Part shown: piece by piece, positions 18,251-27,696 of the stretch | Layout: every line of letters begins with the position of its first letter | How positions within the stretch are numbered: position 1 is the stretch's first letter | Source: Patescibacteria group bacterium | GTDB taxonomy: Bacteria > Patescibacteriota > Patescibacteriia > Patescibacteriales > UBA12465 | DNA: 64,000 bases | Assembly: GCA_041664445.1 (NCBI GenBank) | Contig: JBAYKT010000002.1 | Coordinates: 8,629 to 72,628 of the forward strand | Reading direction: 5' to 3' | Position numbers and translations under genes: made by a program | Notes under the pieces: model-generated | Told to the model about the DNA's origin: nothing | The model's database searches: none | What the model saw: the letters and a program-made list of their open reading frames with translations, nothing else

Positions 18251-21200
18251 TTAATTGCAAGACTCGTTAGTAATTAATACTTCTCCGTCCATGCAATTGG
18301 CGGTAGCGGTACACGTATTAGGCCCGGCAACTTTAGTTACTGTTTGTGTGCTGTTCGGACCGCCGCTTTCTAAAACGCCATGATTATAATCATCAACTGT
18401 TCCGGCAATACAATTAGCTAAACAGACATTATAATAACCAAAAGTTGATAGATACCAATTGCCACTGGTACAGCGATAACCGGGGTTAGCGATGGGGCCA
18501 GTTGTTCCCGTATTTGTTACAGCTCCATTAATACTACAAGTAATGATGGTGCTGTAATACCCGCCTTCCGGATGAAAAGCGACATTAGTTTTAACTTCAT
18601 AGTTAGAACCATATTTAATGGCCGGATAAGAATAGCCGTCGATAACTCCCTGGGGGCAAGTTGGAATCAAAGTACATTGATTATTAGTGCAAGTATAATC
18701 GGTAGTATTAGCACAGGCACAAGTGCCATCGCAACCATCGGTGCCGCAATAATTAGCCGGGCAGGAAGGGGTACAGGTATTAGCATCGGCAACACAAACC
18801 CCCTGTTGGTCAAGGACCCAATCACAGCCACCAGGAACATTGGCTCCCGGACAAGAATAGTCGTCATATTGAGCACACTCAGCGCCATAGTTGCCGGTTT
18901 GACCACTTTCCATAGATTCACAATGGCCGTAAGCACCTTCACAATGCTGACCCGTGGGGCAAGTACTGTTCCAAGTACTGTCGCAGGTAGCTCCCGGTGG
19001 CGGAGTAAAGACTGGCTTCTTAACACAAAGCCCATTTTCGTTCATTGTACCATCTAAAACGGTGCTGCCCGTGGTTCGACAATCATCTTGATAACAACGA
19101 TTGGCTGCAAAATCTCCAGTACAAGTCCATTGAATCCGAGTTCTCCAACCTCCTAAATCGGTCCAGACTTGCTTGCACTGACCGGAAGAACGGTAGCTTA
19201 GAGGAGTTAACTTATTTTGAAAACCAATCGGACAATAGGTGAACTTGGCAGAAGCAGCGCTAATGGCGCTAGAAGCATCAGAAGCCCACTTACTAATACA
19301 TCTGGTGTTATCTAACTTAACAATACTGCAATCGCTTAAAGGATCGGGGGTTTTGACTCCTTCATTGGAATTATAGCAAAGCCTAGTTCCTTCAGAATAA
19401 TTATTATTTATTTGGGCGCTAGTAAAATTAAATAATGGCTGTTTATGAGGATCAACCCAAGTTTGATAATTTTTATTAGCTAAAACCGCATCGCCTTCAG
19501 CAACAGATACGACTCGCGCGTCTTTCTCTACAATCGGCCAGCATTTTTTCTGACAAACACCAGAGCTAGTACATTCATATCCCAGGTCGCAATACAAACC
19601 ATTATTACAATCCAGCGGCACTTCTTCCCCTTCGCTTAAAGTTTGGTCGGCGCCAAAATAATTAGGATCACAATCAAAGGGGCAGTTATCAATGTTTTCA
19701 TATAAAGTGTTATTGATTTTAAGCTGACAATAAGTGTCGCCACAGAAACCGCCACCGTCTAGCGGGGATTTAAAAATACAATAATTACTGCCAGTAATCG
19801 GATAAGGAGTAGAGGCGATTGAAGTCGTGTTGCAAGCGTACTGAACATTTTTATTGCTACCAGCCACACTAGTCGCAACATTACTGCTGCCATCGCAAGC
19901 TTCTTGACCATCATTCCTAACGCCGCCGCGACCTTCGGTATTAGGCTTTTCAATTACTCCGTCGCCGCAATAAGTATTAACGTCTAAAATAAAACTTTTT
20001 TCCGTAGCCGTGCCATATTCGTTAACCGCCTTAATTCTTACTTCTTGGTCAACTCTAGCCACAACCGTGTTTCCTTCCAAATAAACGGCGTTTTGATTGT
20101 TAGCACTAGCGGAAAGATTAAGCCCGGCGGGCATCGGTGAAGTAACCGAATAAGTTAAAGTATGGTTACCCTGAACGGTTGATCCTAAACTGCATTTATA
20201 TGCATAATTTAGACGCGACTGATTGGCGCAATTAAAATCTAGCACCGGCTTATCGACAATTATTTTAATGATAAAGTCATCAGTCACTGGGTTTCCAGCA
20301 GCATTAGTCACTTGAACGCGATAACGGCTTTCAACATCATCAGTAAATTTCTGAGCAGTTGAGATAACGCCTTGATAATTTACTTTTTGACGATTAAGAC
20401 CCTCAGTACTGGAAGTTCTGGTTATTCCCGGCATTTGTAAAATATTCGGACCGCTTACTAAAATAATGGCGAATGAAGGTGCGTTACCACCACCGGAAAC
20501 ATAAAAATTATAATTAAAGGGCACGGTTGGATCTAGATGATAAGTATAATCTTCGGCTTGAGCAGCTGAAGACAGAGAACTAATTTCAATACGTGTGGTT
20601 GTTGAAACGGAAGCGCCATTGCTATCTGTGATGGTGATACCGACGGGATACAAACCGGCACTACCGGCGCGAGTAGCAAAAATCTTTTTTTGATTAATAT
20701 CACTAGTATCTTTAATAATTGGCGGTGCTCCCTGCCAACCAGGCCAAGAACCGGCTAACGGCTGCAAGCTCCAAGTGAGAGAATCGCCGTCAGGGTCGAC
20801 GGCCTGCACAAAACCATTATATTCATTTCCAGAAATACCTTTTAGGGCTAGACTGGTAATTACCGGGGCAGAGTTAGAAGCATTCCCCGAAGCTGAAATA
20901 CCAGTTTCGGTAACACAGGAACTAGCAGTCGGATCATTAGGAGAAAAAGTATAATTAGGACCGGCGTGAGTTTCTAGCACTGCACATAAATTATAATCGG
21001 AGCCGGTGTCGTTAGTTCCATAGACCAGAGCATAACTATCTTTGGGTAATTTTAAATAAGCTCCCACCGGATCATAAACAAATTTTTTGTTACTATCGTC
21101 CCAACAAGTTTTAGAATTGAATCCCGGGCAAGCCCCCAAGCGATTAATCGGATCGACTAGCGCCTGCTTAATGGCCAGCGTCGGAATCAAAATATCACTC

Positions 21201-21913
21201 CAGCTCGGCCACAAAGAAACGCTTTTACCAGACAAATAAGTACCAGCACTAAGCAGTGGATAGCGACCATTAACCTTTTTATAACTAGCCAAAGCTTCTT
21301 TAATCTCTTCTAATTTTCCGATTCTTTTTAAATCACGAATTATCTTAGCCTTCAAGCTGCCGCAGAAAAAACTGGCCGGGCAATCTTCGTCAACCGTGCA
21401 ATTTTTAGGCTCCTTAAGAGCACAAGTATCATTATTAGAACAAAATTGATTAGAGGCGCAATCAGAATCTTGCTCGCATTTCAAAGAGGAAATGGAACAA
21501 GTAGAAGTTTCTAATGGCAAATTATCATTAAATTTCCAGTGGGAAATTAACTGCCCCAAAATATCAACGGTTTTAACATTATAATCCTGATTATAAGAAA
21601 TTAGATAAATATTGGTGTAGATAACCTTAGCATAAGTGTCCGCATTAGCAGCATTAACATAAACGGTGCGGCCATCACGCAAGGCCTCATAACCGTCAAC
21701 GGTTAAAGACTGTGGGGAGCCGGAAAAACCCTGGCTCTCGTACCAACGATAGATACTATAGTGATTGGGATTAGGAACAATTCTGACGCCAATGGCGTCG
21801 CTATTTTGTTCTTGAGCAGAAACTTTAAATACTGCCCCCGCTAAAAGATAAACAAAAACAACCCCAAGCACAAACAGTGAGCTGCTAGTTCTTACAATCT
21901 GGCTGTTTTTCAT
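18251..21913 (-). CDS. Large secreted Cys-rich surface protein with an internal GspG/type-IV-pilin-like segment and Ig/cadherin-like domains
   Basis: Signal peptide ending VSA-QE; RDLKRIGKLEEIKEALASYKKVNGRYP...DPIN; NSAPVIT...DPDGDSLTWSL; CGDG...EACDG and CGDTYC...NCPFDC repeats. Confidence 0.7.
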   Translation of the reverse strand: MKNSQIVRTSSSLFVLGVVFVYLLAGAVFKVSAQEQNSDAIGVRIVPNPNHYSIYRWYESQGFSGSPQSLTVDGYEALRDGRTVYVNAANADTYAKVIYTNIYLISYNQDYNVKTVDILGQLISHWKFNDNLPLETSTCSISSLKCEQDSDCASNQFCSNNDTCALKEPKNCTVDEDCPASFFCGSLKAKIIRDLKRIGKLEEIKEALASYKKVNGRYPLLSAGTYLSGKSVSLWPSWSDILIPTLAIKQALVDPINRLGACPGFNSKTCWDDSNKKFVYDPVGAYLKLPKDSYALVYGTNDTGSDYNLCAVLETHAGPNYTFSPNDPTASSCVTETGISASGNASNSAPVITSLALKGISGNEYNGFVQAVDPDGDSLTWSLQPLAGSWPGWQGAPPIIKDTSDINQKKIFATRAGSAGLYPVGITITDSNGASVSTTTRIEISSLSSAAQAEDYTYHLDPTVPFNYNFYVSGGGNAPSFAIILVSGPNILQMPGITRTSSTEGLNRQKVNYQGVISTAQKFTDDVESRYRVQVTNAAGNPVTDDFIIKIIVDKPVLDFNCANQSRLNYAYKCSLGSTVQGNHTLTYSVTSPMPAGLNLSASANNQNAVYLEGNTVVARVDQEVRIKAVNEYGTATEKSFILDVNTYCGDGVIEKPNTEGRGGVRNDGQEACDGSSNVATSVAGSNKNVQYACNTTSIASTPYPITGSNYCIFKSPLDGGGFCGDTYCQLKINNTLYENIDNCPFDCDPNYFGADQTLSEGEEVPLDCNNGLYCDLGYECTSSGVCQKKCWPIVEKDARVVSVAEGDAVLANKNYQTWVDPHKQPLFNFTSAQINNNYSEGTRLCYNSNEGVKTPDPLSDCSIVKLDNTRCISKWASDASSAISAASAKFTYCPIGFQNKLTPLSYRSSGQCKQVWTDLGGWRTRIQWTCTGDFAANRCYQDDCRTTGSTVLDGTMNENGLCVKKPVFTPPPGATCDSTWNSTCPTGQHCEGAYGHCESMESGQTGNYGAECAQYDDYSCPGANVPGGCDWVLDQQGVCVADANTCTPSCPANYCGTDGCDGTCACANTTDYTCTNNQCTLIPTCPQGVIDGYSYPAIKYGSNYEVKTNVAFHPEGGYYSTIITCSINGAVTNTGTTGPIANPGYRCTSGNWYLSTFGYYNVCLANCIAGTVDDYNHGVLESGGPNSTQTVTKVAGPNTCTATANCMDGEVLITNESCN

Positions 21914-21948
21914 AATATTATCATTTAGTATTATTCCCTAAATTTATA

Positions 21949-24900
21949 TTATTTAAAAAATATTATTTCCGCCGACTTAGTGCTTTCATTACCATTGCTA
22001 TCTAAAGCGGAAATCGCAAAATAATTATTACCGGTACTAAGTTTGGCTTTGTCCCAAGATAATGAAGAGGCGTTATTGACGGAATCGTATGATTCGCCAT
22101 AAAGATTACTCTTTACGCCCCGATAAACTCGATAGAACAAGGCATTATTAGTTTGCCAAGTAAATTTAATAGTATCCCCCTTATCTTCAACATTTAATCC
22201 AATCGGGGCTTGCGGCGGCGCCTGATCGGTTGGGGTCATGGTAGCAGCATCGCTCATTGTACTTTCCACCCTATTAGCCGAGATGCCCGTTAAGCGAAAA
22301 TCATAAGCTTGTCCATTTTTTAGAGAAGAAATATGCGCCGTACATTTGTAAACCGAGGAGAACGGCACGCAATAATCTTGCAACTTAAATTCTTGGGATT
22401 TAGTCAGCGCCTTACCGCTCTCACCATAATATATTTTGTAAGATACTGTCGGCGCATTAGCCGCAAACCAGGTAAAGGTAACATCCCCGCCAGTACCAGT
22501 ATCGGTTACGGTCTCAAACGCGGCTTCGCCAATTCCTGCTTCACGGAAAAAATATGATTCCTTCAAAACATTCCAAATACAGATACCATCTAAATGGCCA
22601 TCGCCATTTTGATCGGCACCGCAAGCAGAATTTAAACCGGCGCAAGTTGAGCTATCAGAGCTACAAATCAAAGTCGCACTCTGCCCTCTAATCACCGCCC
22701 TATCCGTAATCGCCGGCAAATCATCAATCGTTCCCGGAGCGCCAGCATCACGGCAATAATAAAACTTATAATTAAAATTGTTACAAGTTCCCCCGATAGA
22801 ACCGGTGCAGTTATCGCTCCAAGGATACCAAGTGCCGTTAGTATTTACTGGCGGCCAAGGATTATTACAAATGAAGACATAGAGATTAGCATTCCCACTT
22901 AAGTTATCGCCGGCTGAAAAAGCGTTGCGACAATTACTGGAACAAACATCGTCTGTACAAGCACAGCCAGAATTAACGGAAGAATTACTATCTAAGAACC
23001 TTACCATATCAATCGTCGCGGATAATTTAGTTTCCCCGTCAGTAATTCCATCTTTGGCTGCTAGCAAAACTTTATCAGGTCCAATACTGGCTATTGAGGC
23101 TACGCTCGCATCGCTCAAATTAAATTTCCAATCCCAGAAATAACCGGTAATCGGCTGAATAACTTGGCCGTCGGCGCTATAAGCTGAGGCCTTGAAAACT
23201 TTATCCTTATCACGCTTAGTATCAAAAGTCTTATCTTGAAAATTAGCGTCATTCTCGTCTAGACTGTTTTCGGTAGTATTGAATAAGTAGGATTCAGGGG
23301 CAATTTTAACCTGGCTAATGGCGCAAACTCCAGAATTAGCGCCCTTATCGGACAGGGTTTTAAATTGAACAATATAAGAATTTTTATAATTTTTATTATT
23401 AAAGCTTAAGGCGGCACCCTCAACACCCTCGATTCCTTCGCCATTTAAACCAATGCCGCTTAAACTGATAACTCCCGATTGGCTATTTAAATCTTCATCA
23501 CCCTTAACAATTAAGAAATACTTGGCCTCCGGAGTTAATAATTTATTAGGCGTAAAATTTAAAACTGTCTCATCACCGGAATACTCGCCGGAAATACTGC
23601 CCTGAAAGGAGCAATATAATTTATTTTGATCTGGCAGGTCAGCCAAAGCTTGATTGCCAAAAAGCTGGCTAATATACGATTTAAGCTTGCCAAAGATATT
23701 AGTAAACCAAGTTTGATTAACGGCCGCAAAATTACCGTCGCCTTCGTAGGCAAAGGTCCCGCTCGGACAAACCGCACCGCCATAATTCATTTCTTCCATT
23801 AATAGCGTATTAGCACTAAAGGAAGCGATATCCATTTGTTTATTAAAGGTAACTTTAATAACTGAGTTGCGACAAACATTAGTAGTCCCACTCGCTGGAA
23901 CTGAACCAGTTACAGCTGGACGGGAATCGCAACAAGTATCAATTCCGCAACCGACTGTAGCGGCATTACCGCAATCGCCATCATTCCTACAGCCACAACA
24001 TAATCCTCGATCAGCGCCGCTGCAATTTCCTTTGTCCGGTTGGCAATACAAATCAGGCGCTTCCGTAGTTTGACAAGCAGTCGGGTCAGCTGGGTTACAA
24101 CAACAGGCGCCGCAATCAGAAATATCAGTAGCGGTCGTCCCGGATTCAGTTAAACAAGAATGCCCCGGAAAATTACAAATTCCAAAATTACAAGTAGCCG
24201 TAGCTGAAGAAGAAACGCAATCTTGGCCAACACCGCCTTCGGCATTACCACAACGAGTAGAGCAAGTACTTAAATTATTAAAATCACCGGAAGTTTTAGG
24301 ATTTTGATCACAAGTACTATTACCGCTGGCATCAGTCTGACAATCATAATAAGCGCAGTAGCCTAAATCAGCGCCACTCGTAATTTGTGAACCACTTTTA
24401 CAAGTAGCTGTTGCTTGATCAAAACAACAGGAAGGGGCTAGGGTGCATTCATCTTTTTGACCATTGAAAAGTGAACAAAAATCTTGTCCAGGATTGGCCG
24501 CACAACCATCAACACAAGCTGGCGTATCTTTATAAGTACCAATTTTTACCGGAGTAGAGGAGGCGCAGGTAGCTGGATCGCCAATTGGCGGTGTCGTCGC
24601 GCTAAAACAATTATAATAACCGCAATAACCAAAATTAGGATCAGCAGGATTAGCGGAAATACTGGTTCCAGAACCGCCGCGACAAGAATCATCACCGGTG
24701 GCTGCGGTGCGATTAGCATCAAAACAGCAAGCAGCATTATGTTCGGAACAAGAACTTAGGCCAGCCAAACCGCTACAATCGGTACAAATTCCTCCTGGAT
24801 TTTGAGCGGTAATACTACAATACTGACCGCCATGCCCCGCACAATTACAAGCGGCATCGTGTTCAGCGACAGTTGTGCCCACATTAGCGCAACCAGAACA

Positions 24901-27663
24901 ACTGCCGAATCCCGCGCCATCATCAGTTGTATCCTGACCGCAGGTTCCCTTGCATTCCAAAGGCGCGCAACAATCTTGAGCGCTATTTTCTATACGGCAA
25001 CAACAATCACAGCTAGCCCCCTCGACGGAGACACAAGAATCAGGCTGAGAAATATCCGGATTACTTTCGCAAACAGAACCAGCGGGACAAATGGTATCGG
25101 AAACGCAACGGCCGCCAGAGCCCAATTGTGCGCAACTTAAACCAATAGCACAAATATCACAAGCTGAAGCCGTATCAACGCAAATATTATTAGAGCCTCT
25201 AACCCAAGCATCTGGACAAGAGGTATTAGTTTTTGTTTCCCACTTACCACCGGAATTACAAGTTAAGGACAAAGAAACATCCTGATTATTAATTCTGAAA
25301 GTTTGAGTTTTTGGCATACTGCAAACACCAGCACTACCATCTTTAACACATTTATTAAGCGTATCGTCATAAGTACAAGGAGCACCAAAAACTCCACAGC
25401 CAGTTACCGAAGCGCAGGAAAAATCACAAGTAGCGACTGTGGTTTTAGTGCCACCGGCATAAGGCGAGCAGGCTCCAGGAACATTAGGACAAGTAGCATT
25501 GACCTGACAAGCACCATAATAATCGGCCAAGGTAGCACAACTTTCCGTAGGATCGCTAGGATTGACAACAAATCCCGTATTAAAGTTCCATTCAAAAACG
25601 GAAGTCGGAATATCAATTAAACAAGCGGCTAAGTTAGCAACACAAGTTCCTTTCTTATAGGTATTACCCGGACAACAAACCTGGCCAGGACATTCAAGGT
25701 CTGAAGAACAAGCACTGATTTCGAAGTTTAATTCATTTCCCCATTCACCATTCTTTACTACTTTAACCGGACCAGTGATGGATTCGGCGGGAACATCCAC
25801 GGGAACGATATCAGCACCATTGTCTTGAGAAATAACACCATAAACTTGCTTGGCAGGATTAAACTGAACTAAAGAGTCATGCCCTACCTGACCTAAATAT
25901 TCGCCATAAACTTTGACTGGAGTAGATACACCTCCCTGTCTAGGTTCTAATTTACAAAGACTTGTTTTTAAAGATAAGGCATCATCAACTCTAAAAATAT
26001 TAGGATTTAATTGTTGACTATCGATAGTCTTACTATTGACTGTCATCCTAATCAAATAACTACCATTGGCTAGACCGTCCGGCACCTTAACTACCACCTG
26101 CTTATCGCTCCAGACCGAACTGGCGCAAACCGGCGGAAAACTATAATTAGCTTCGGCGCTAGCAAAATAAACATGGGAGCTTCCCTGCGCGCCGCCAAAA
26201 CCGCTGCCGGTAATCGTTACATATTGCCCGGCTACTCCTTGAGCCGGCGAGAAAGAAATAATGAAAGGACCATCATTTGGGTCAGCTTCTTTAACAAATT
26301 TTAAATAATTGCTACGCTCTTGGTTGCCGCTGATGTTATTAACCACAAAACTACCGGATTCTCCGGAACGAATATTGGGCGTAGCCGCCGTTCCCGATAA
26401 GCCGCTAGGGTGACTGAAATTAGAATCTAAACCCTGAACATTACTTTGGTAATTACCAAAATAAGCTTGGCCGGAATAAAGATTAATTCCTTGATAGGAA
26501 ACCGAAGAACTTAAAGCGCCTTTATCAGGACTAATTAAGCATAATCCCGGACGAGAAATACTATTAGCGATAAAATCTGGAATGATAGGACCATACTCAT
26601 CATTGGTAATATCTTCCGAGCCGTCTTTAGTAAGCACCTTGATAGCACCGCTTACAACTCCGGTTGGAACCGCAATAATTATTTGGTCATCTTGCCAAAA
26701 ATTAACACAAACCGGATTTATTTCCGAAGGATTACGTCCATTTAAAGAGCTACCCATGAAAACAACTTGGCTTTGGCCAGCAACATATTCGCCAAAATTC
26801 TTTCCCGAAATAGTCAGAAAATTATTAGCCGCGCCATTGGGTGTATCTAAATTACAACTAGTGGCACAATCGGTGTCGGTATCGCAAGCCTGATTGTTAT
26901 TTTCATTACAGAATCCGCCTAAAGGACTGACGGCAGTAATTACTGGCGGCCCAAAACAAGTACAAGTGGCGGCATCACAAGATAAATACTGCGCGCACAT
27001 ATTATTGTCAGCGTCGCAAGTCGCATTACTGACATCGGCATCGCAAGATTCGCCAGCTCCTGCTTTTGGCTGACAGGCACAATTACTGTCACAATAATCC
27101 GAAGGGGCACACATGTTATTTTCCATTTGACAGCCGGGATTAGGACTGGCATCACAACTTGTTTGATGAGGATTAATACTACAATCGGAACCAACACAGC
27201 CACCCCAAGAACCGTCTACACAGGCCATTGACCCGCCGCAACCGCAAGAAGAAACTTGTCCGTTAGTACATAAATTGGGGCCGCCATTACCGCTGATTGC
27301 TCCATATAATTTATTGATAACAAAGGTGGCAATCGCCCAAGAAGCTAAGATAACCGCCAAACCGATACTAGCGCTTACCAAGATTTTTTTAGCTTGGCTG
27401 ATTTTATCTTCTTCACCATTAGAAGTCATCCATAAAAAGCCGGCATAGATTATTAGGCCCAGAGCAATTACTCCCAAGAAACCAAGCGCAATATTAATAA
27501 TTCGACCAACCATTTCGCGTGGATCGCCATCGGCTAAAGCGCCGTTCAAACCATTATTTACCGCCTCAGTGCCAAAGTCTTGGGCAAATACTAAACGCCA
27601 AGCAAAAATACCAATGACTAGCACTATTAATGAAACAAGCTTTTTGCTTAATTTTGTTTTCAC
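21949..27663 (-). CDS. 1904-aa surface protein: N-terminal VirB2/TrbC-like pilin domain, IPT/TIG repeats, long Cys-rich region, Ig-like (Big_5-type) domain and two C-terminal FN3 domains
   Basis: GTG start; GRIINIALGFLGVIALGLIIYAGFLWMTSNGEEDKISQAKKIL; PFIISFSP...VTITGSGFG...WSDKQVVVKVP; IKVTFNKQMD; PPQAPIGL...YFAISALDSNGNES. Confidence 0.8.
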   Translation of the reverse strand: MKTKLSKKLVSLIVLVIGIFAWRLVFAQDFGTEAVNNGLNGALADGDPREMVGRIINIALGFLGVIALGLIIYAGFLWMTSNGEEDKISQAKKILVSASIGLAVILASWAIATFVINKLYGAISGNGGPNLCTNGQVSSCGCGGSMACVDGSWGGCVGSDCSINPHQTSCDASPNPGCQMENNMCAPSDYCDSNCACQPKAGAGESCDADVSNATCDADNNMCAQYLSCDAATCTCFGPPVITAVSPLGGFCNENNNQACDTDTDCATSCNLDTPNGAANNFLTISGKNFGEYVAGQSQVVFMGSSLNGRNPSEINPVCVNFWQDDQIIIAVPTGVVSGAIKVLTKDGSEDITNDEYGPIIPDFIANSISRPGLCLISPDKGALSSSVSYQGINLYSGQAYFGNYQSNVQGLDSNFSHPSGLSGTAATPNIRSGESGSFVVNNISGNQERSNYLKFVKEADPNDGPFIISFSPAQGVAGQYVTITGSGFGGAQGSSHVYFASAEANYSFPPVCASSVWSDKQVVVKVPDGLANGSYLIRMTVNSKTIDSQQLNPNIFRVDDALSLKTSLCKLEPRQGGVSTPVKVYGEYLGQVGHDSLVQFNPAKQVYGVISQDNGADIVPVDVPAESITGPVKVVKNGEWGNELNFEISACSSDLECPGQVCCPGNTYKKGTCVANLAACLIDIPTSVFEWNFNTGFVVNPSDPTESCATLADYYGACQVNATCPNVPGACSPYAGGTKTTVATCDFSCASVTGCGVFGAPCTYDDTLNKCVKDGSAGVCSMPKTQTFRINNQDVSLSLTCNSGGKWETKTNTSCPDAWVRGSNNICVDTASACDICAIGLSCAQLGSGGRCVSDTICPAGSVCESNPDISQPDSCVSVEGASCDCCCRIENSAQDCCAPLECKGTCGQDTTDDGAGFGSCSGCANVGTTVAEHDAACNCAGHGGQYCSITAQNPGGICTDCSGLAGLSSCSEHNAACCFDANRTAATGDDSCRGGSGTSISANPADPNFGYCGYYNCFSATTPPIGDPATCASSTPVKIGTYKDTPACVDGCAANPGQDFCSLFNGQKDECTLAPSCCFDQATATCKSGSQITSGADLGYCAYYDCQTDASGNSTCDQNPKTSGDFNNLSTCSTRCGNAEGGVGQDCVSSSATATCNFGICNFPGHSCLTESGTTATDISDCGACCCNPADPTACQTTEAPDLYCQPDKGNCSGADRGLCCGCRNDGDCGNAATVGCGIDTCCDSRPAVTGSVPASGTTNVCRNSVIKVTFNKQMDIASFSANTLLMEEMNYGGAVCPSGTFAYEGDGNFAAVNQTWFTNIFGKLKSYISQLFGNQALADLPDQNKLYCSFQGSISGEYSGDETVLNFTPNKLLTPEAKYFLIVKGDEDLNSQSGVISLSGIGLNGEGIEGVEGAALSFNNKNYKNSYIVQFKTLSDKGANSGVCAISQVKIAPESYLFNTTENSLDENDANFQDKTFDTKRDKDKVFKASAYSADGQVIQPITGYFWDWKFNLSDASVASIASIGPDKVLLAAKDGITDGETKLSATIDMVRFLDSNSSVNSGCACTDDVCSSNCRNAFSAGDNLSGNANLYVFICNNPWPPVNTNGTWYPWSDNCTGSIGGTCNNFNYKFYYCRDAGAPGTIDDLPAITDRAVIRGQSATLICSSDSSTCAGLNSACGADQNGDGHLDGICIWNVLKESYFFREAGIGEAAFETVTDTGTGGDVTFTWFAANAPTVSYKIYYGESGKALTKSQEFKLQDYCVPFSSVYKCTAHISSLKNGQAYDFRLTGISANRVESTMSDAATMTPTDQAPPQAPIGLNVEDKGDTIKFTWQTNNALFYRVYRGVKSNLYGESYDSVNNASSLSWDKAKLSTGNNYFAISALDSNGNESTKSAEIIFFK

Positions 27664-27696
27664 AAATTTATGTTTTTAGATAACCAAAAATGGCAA

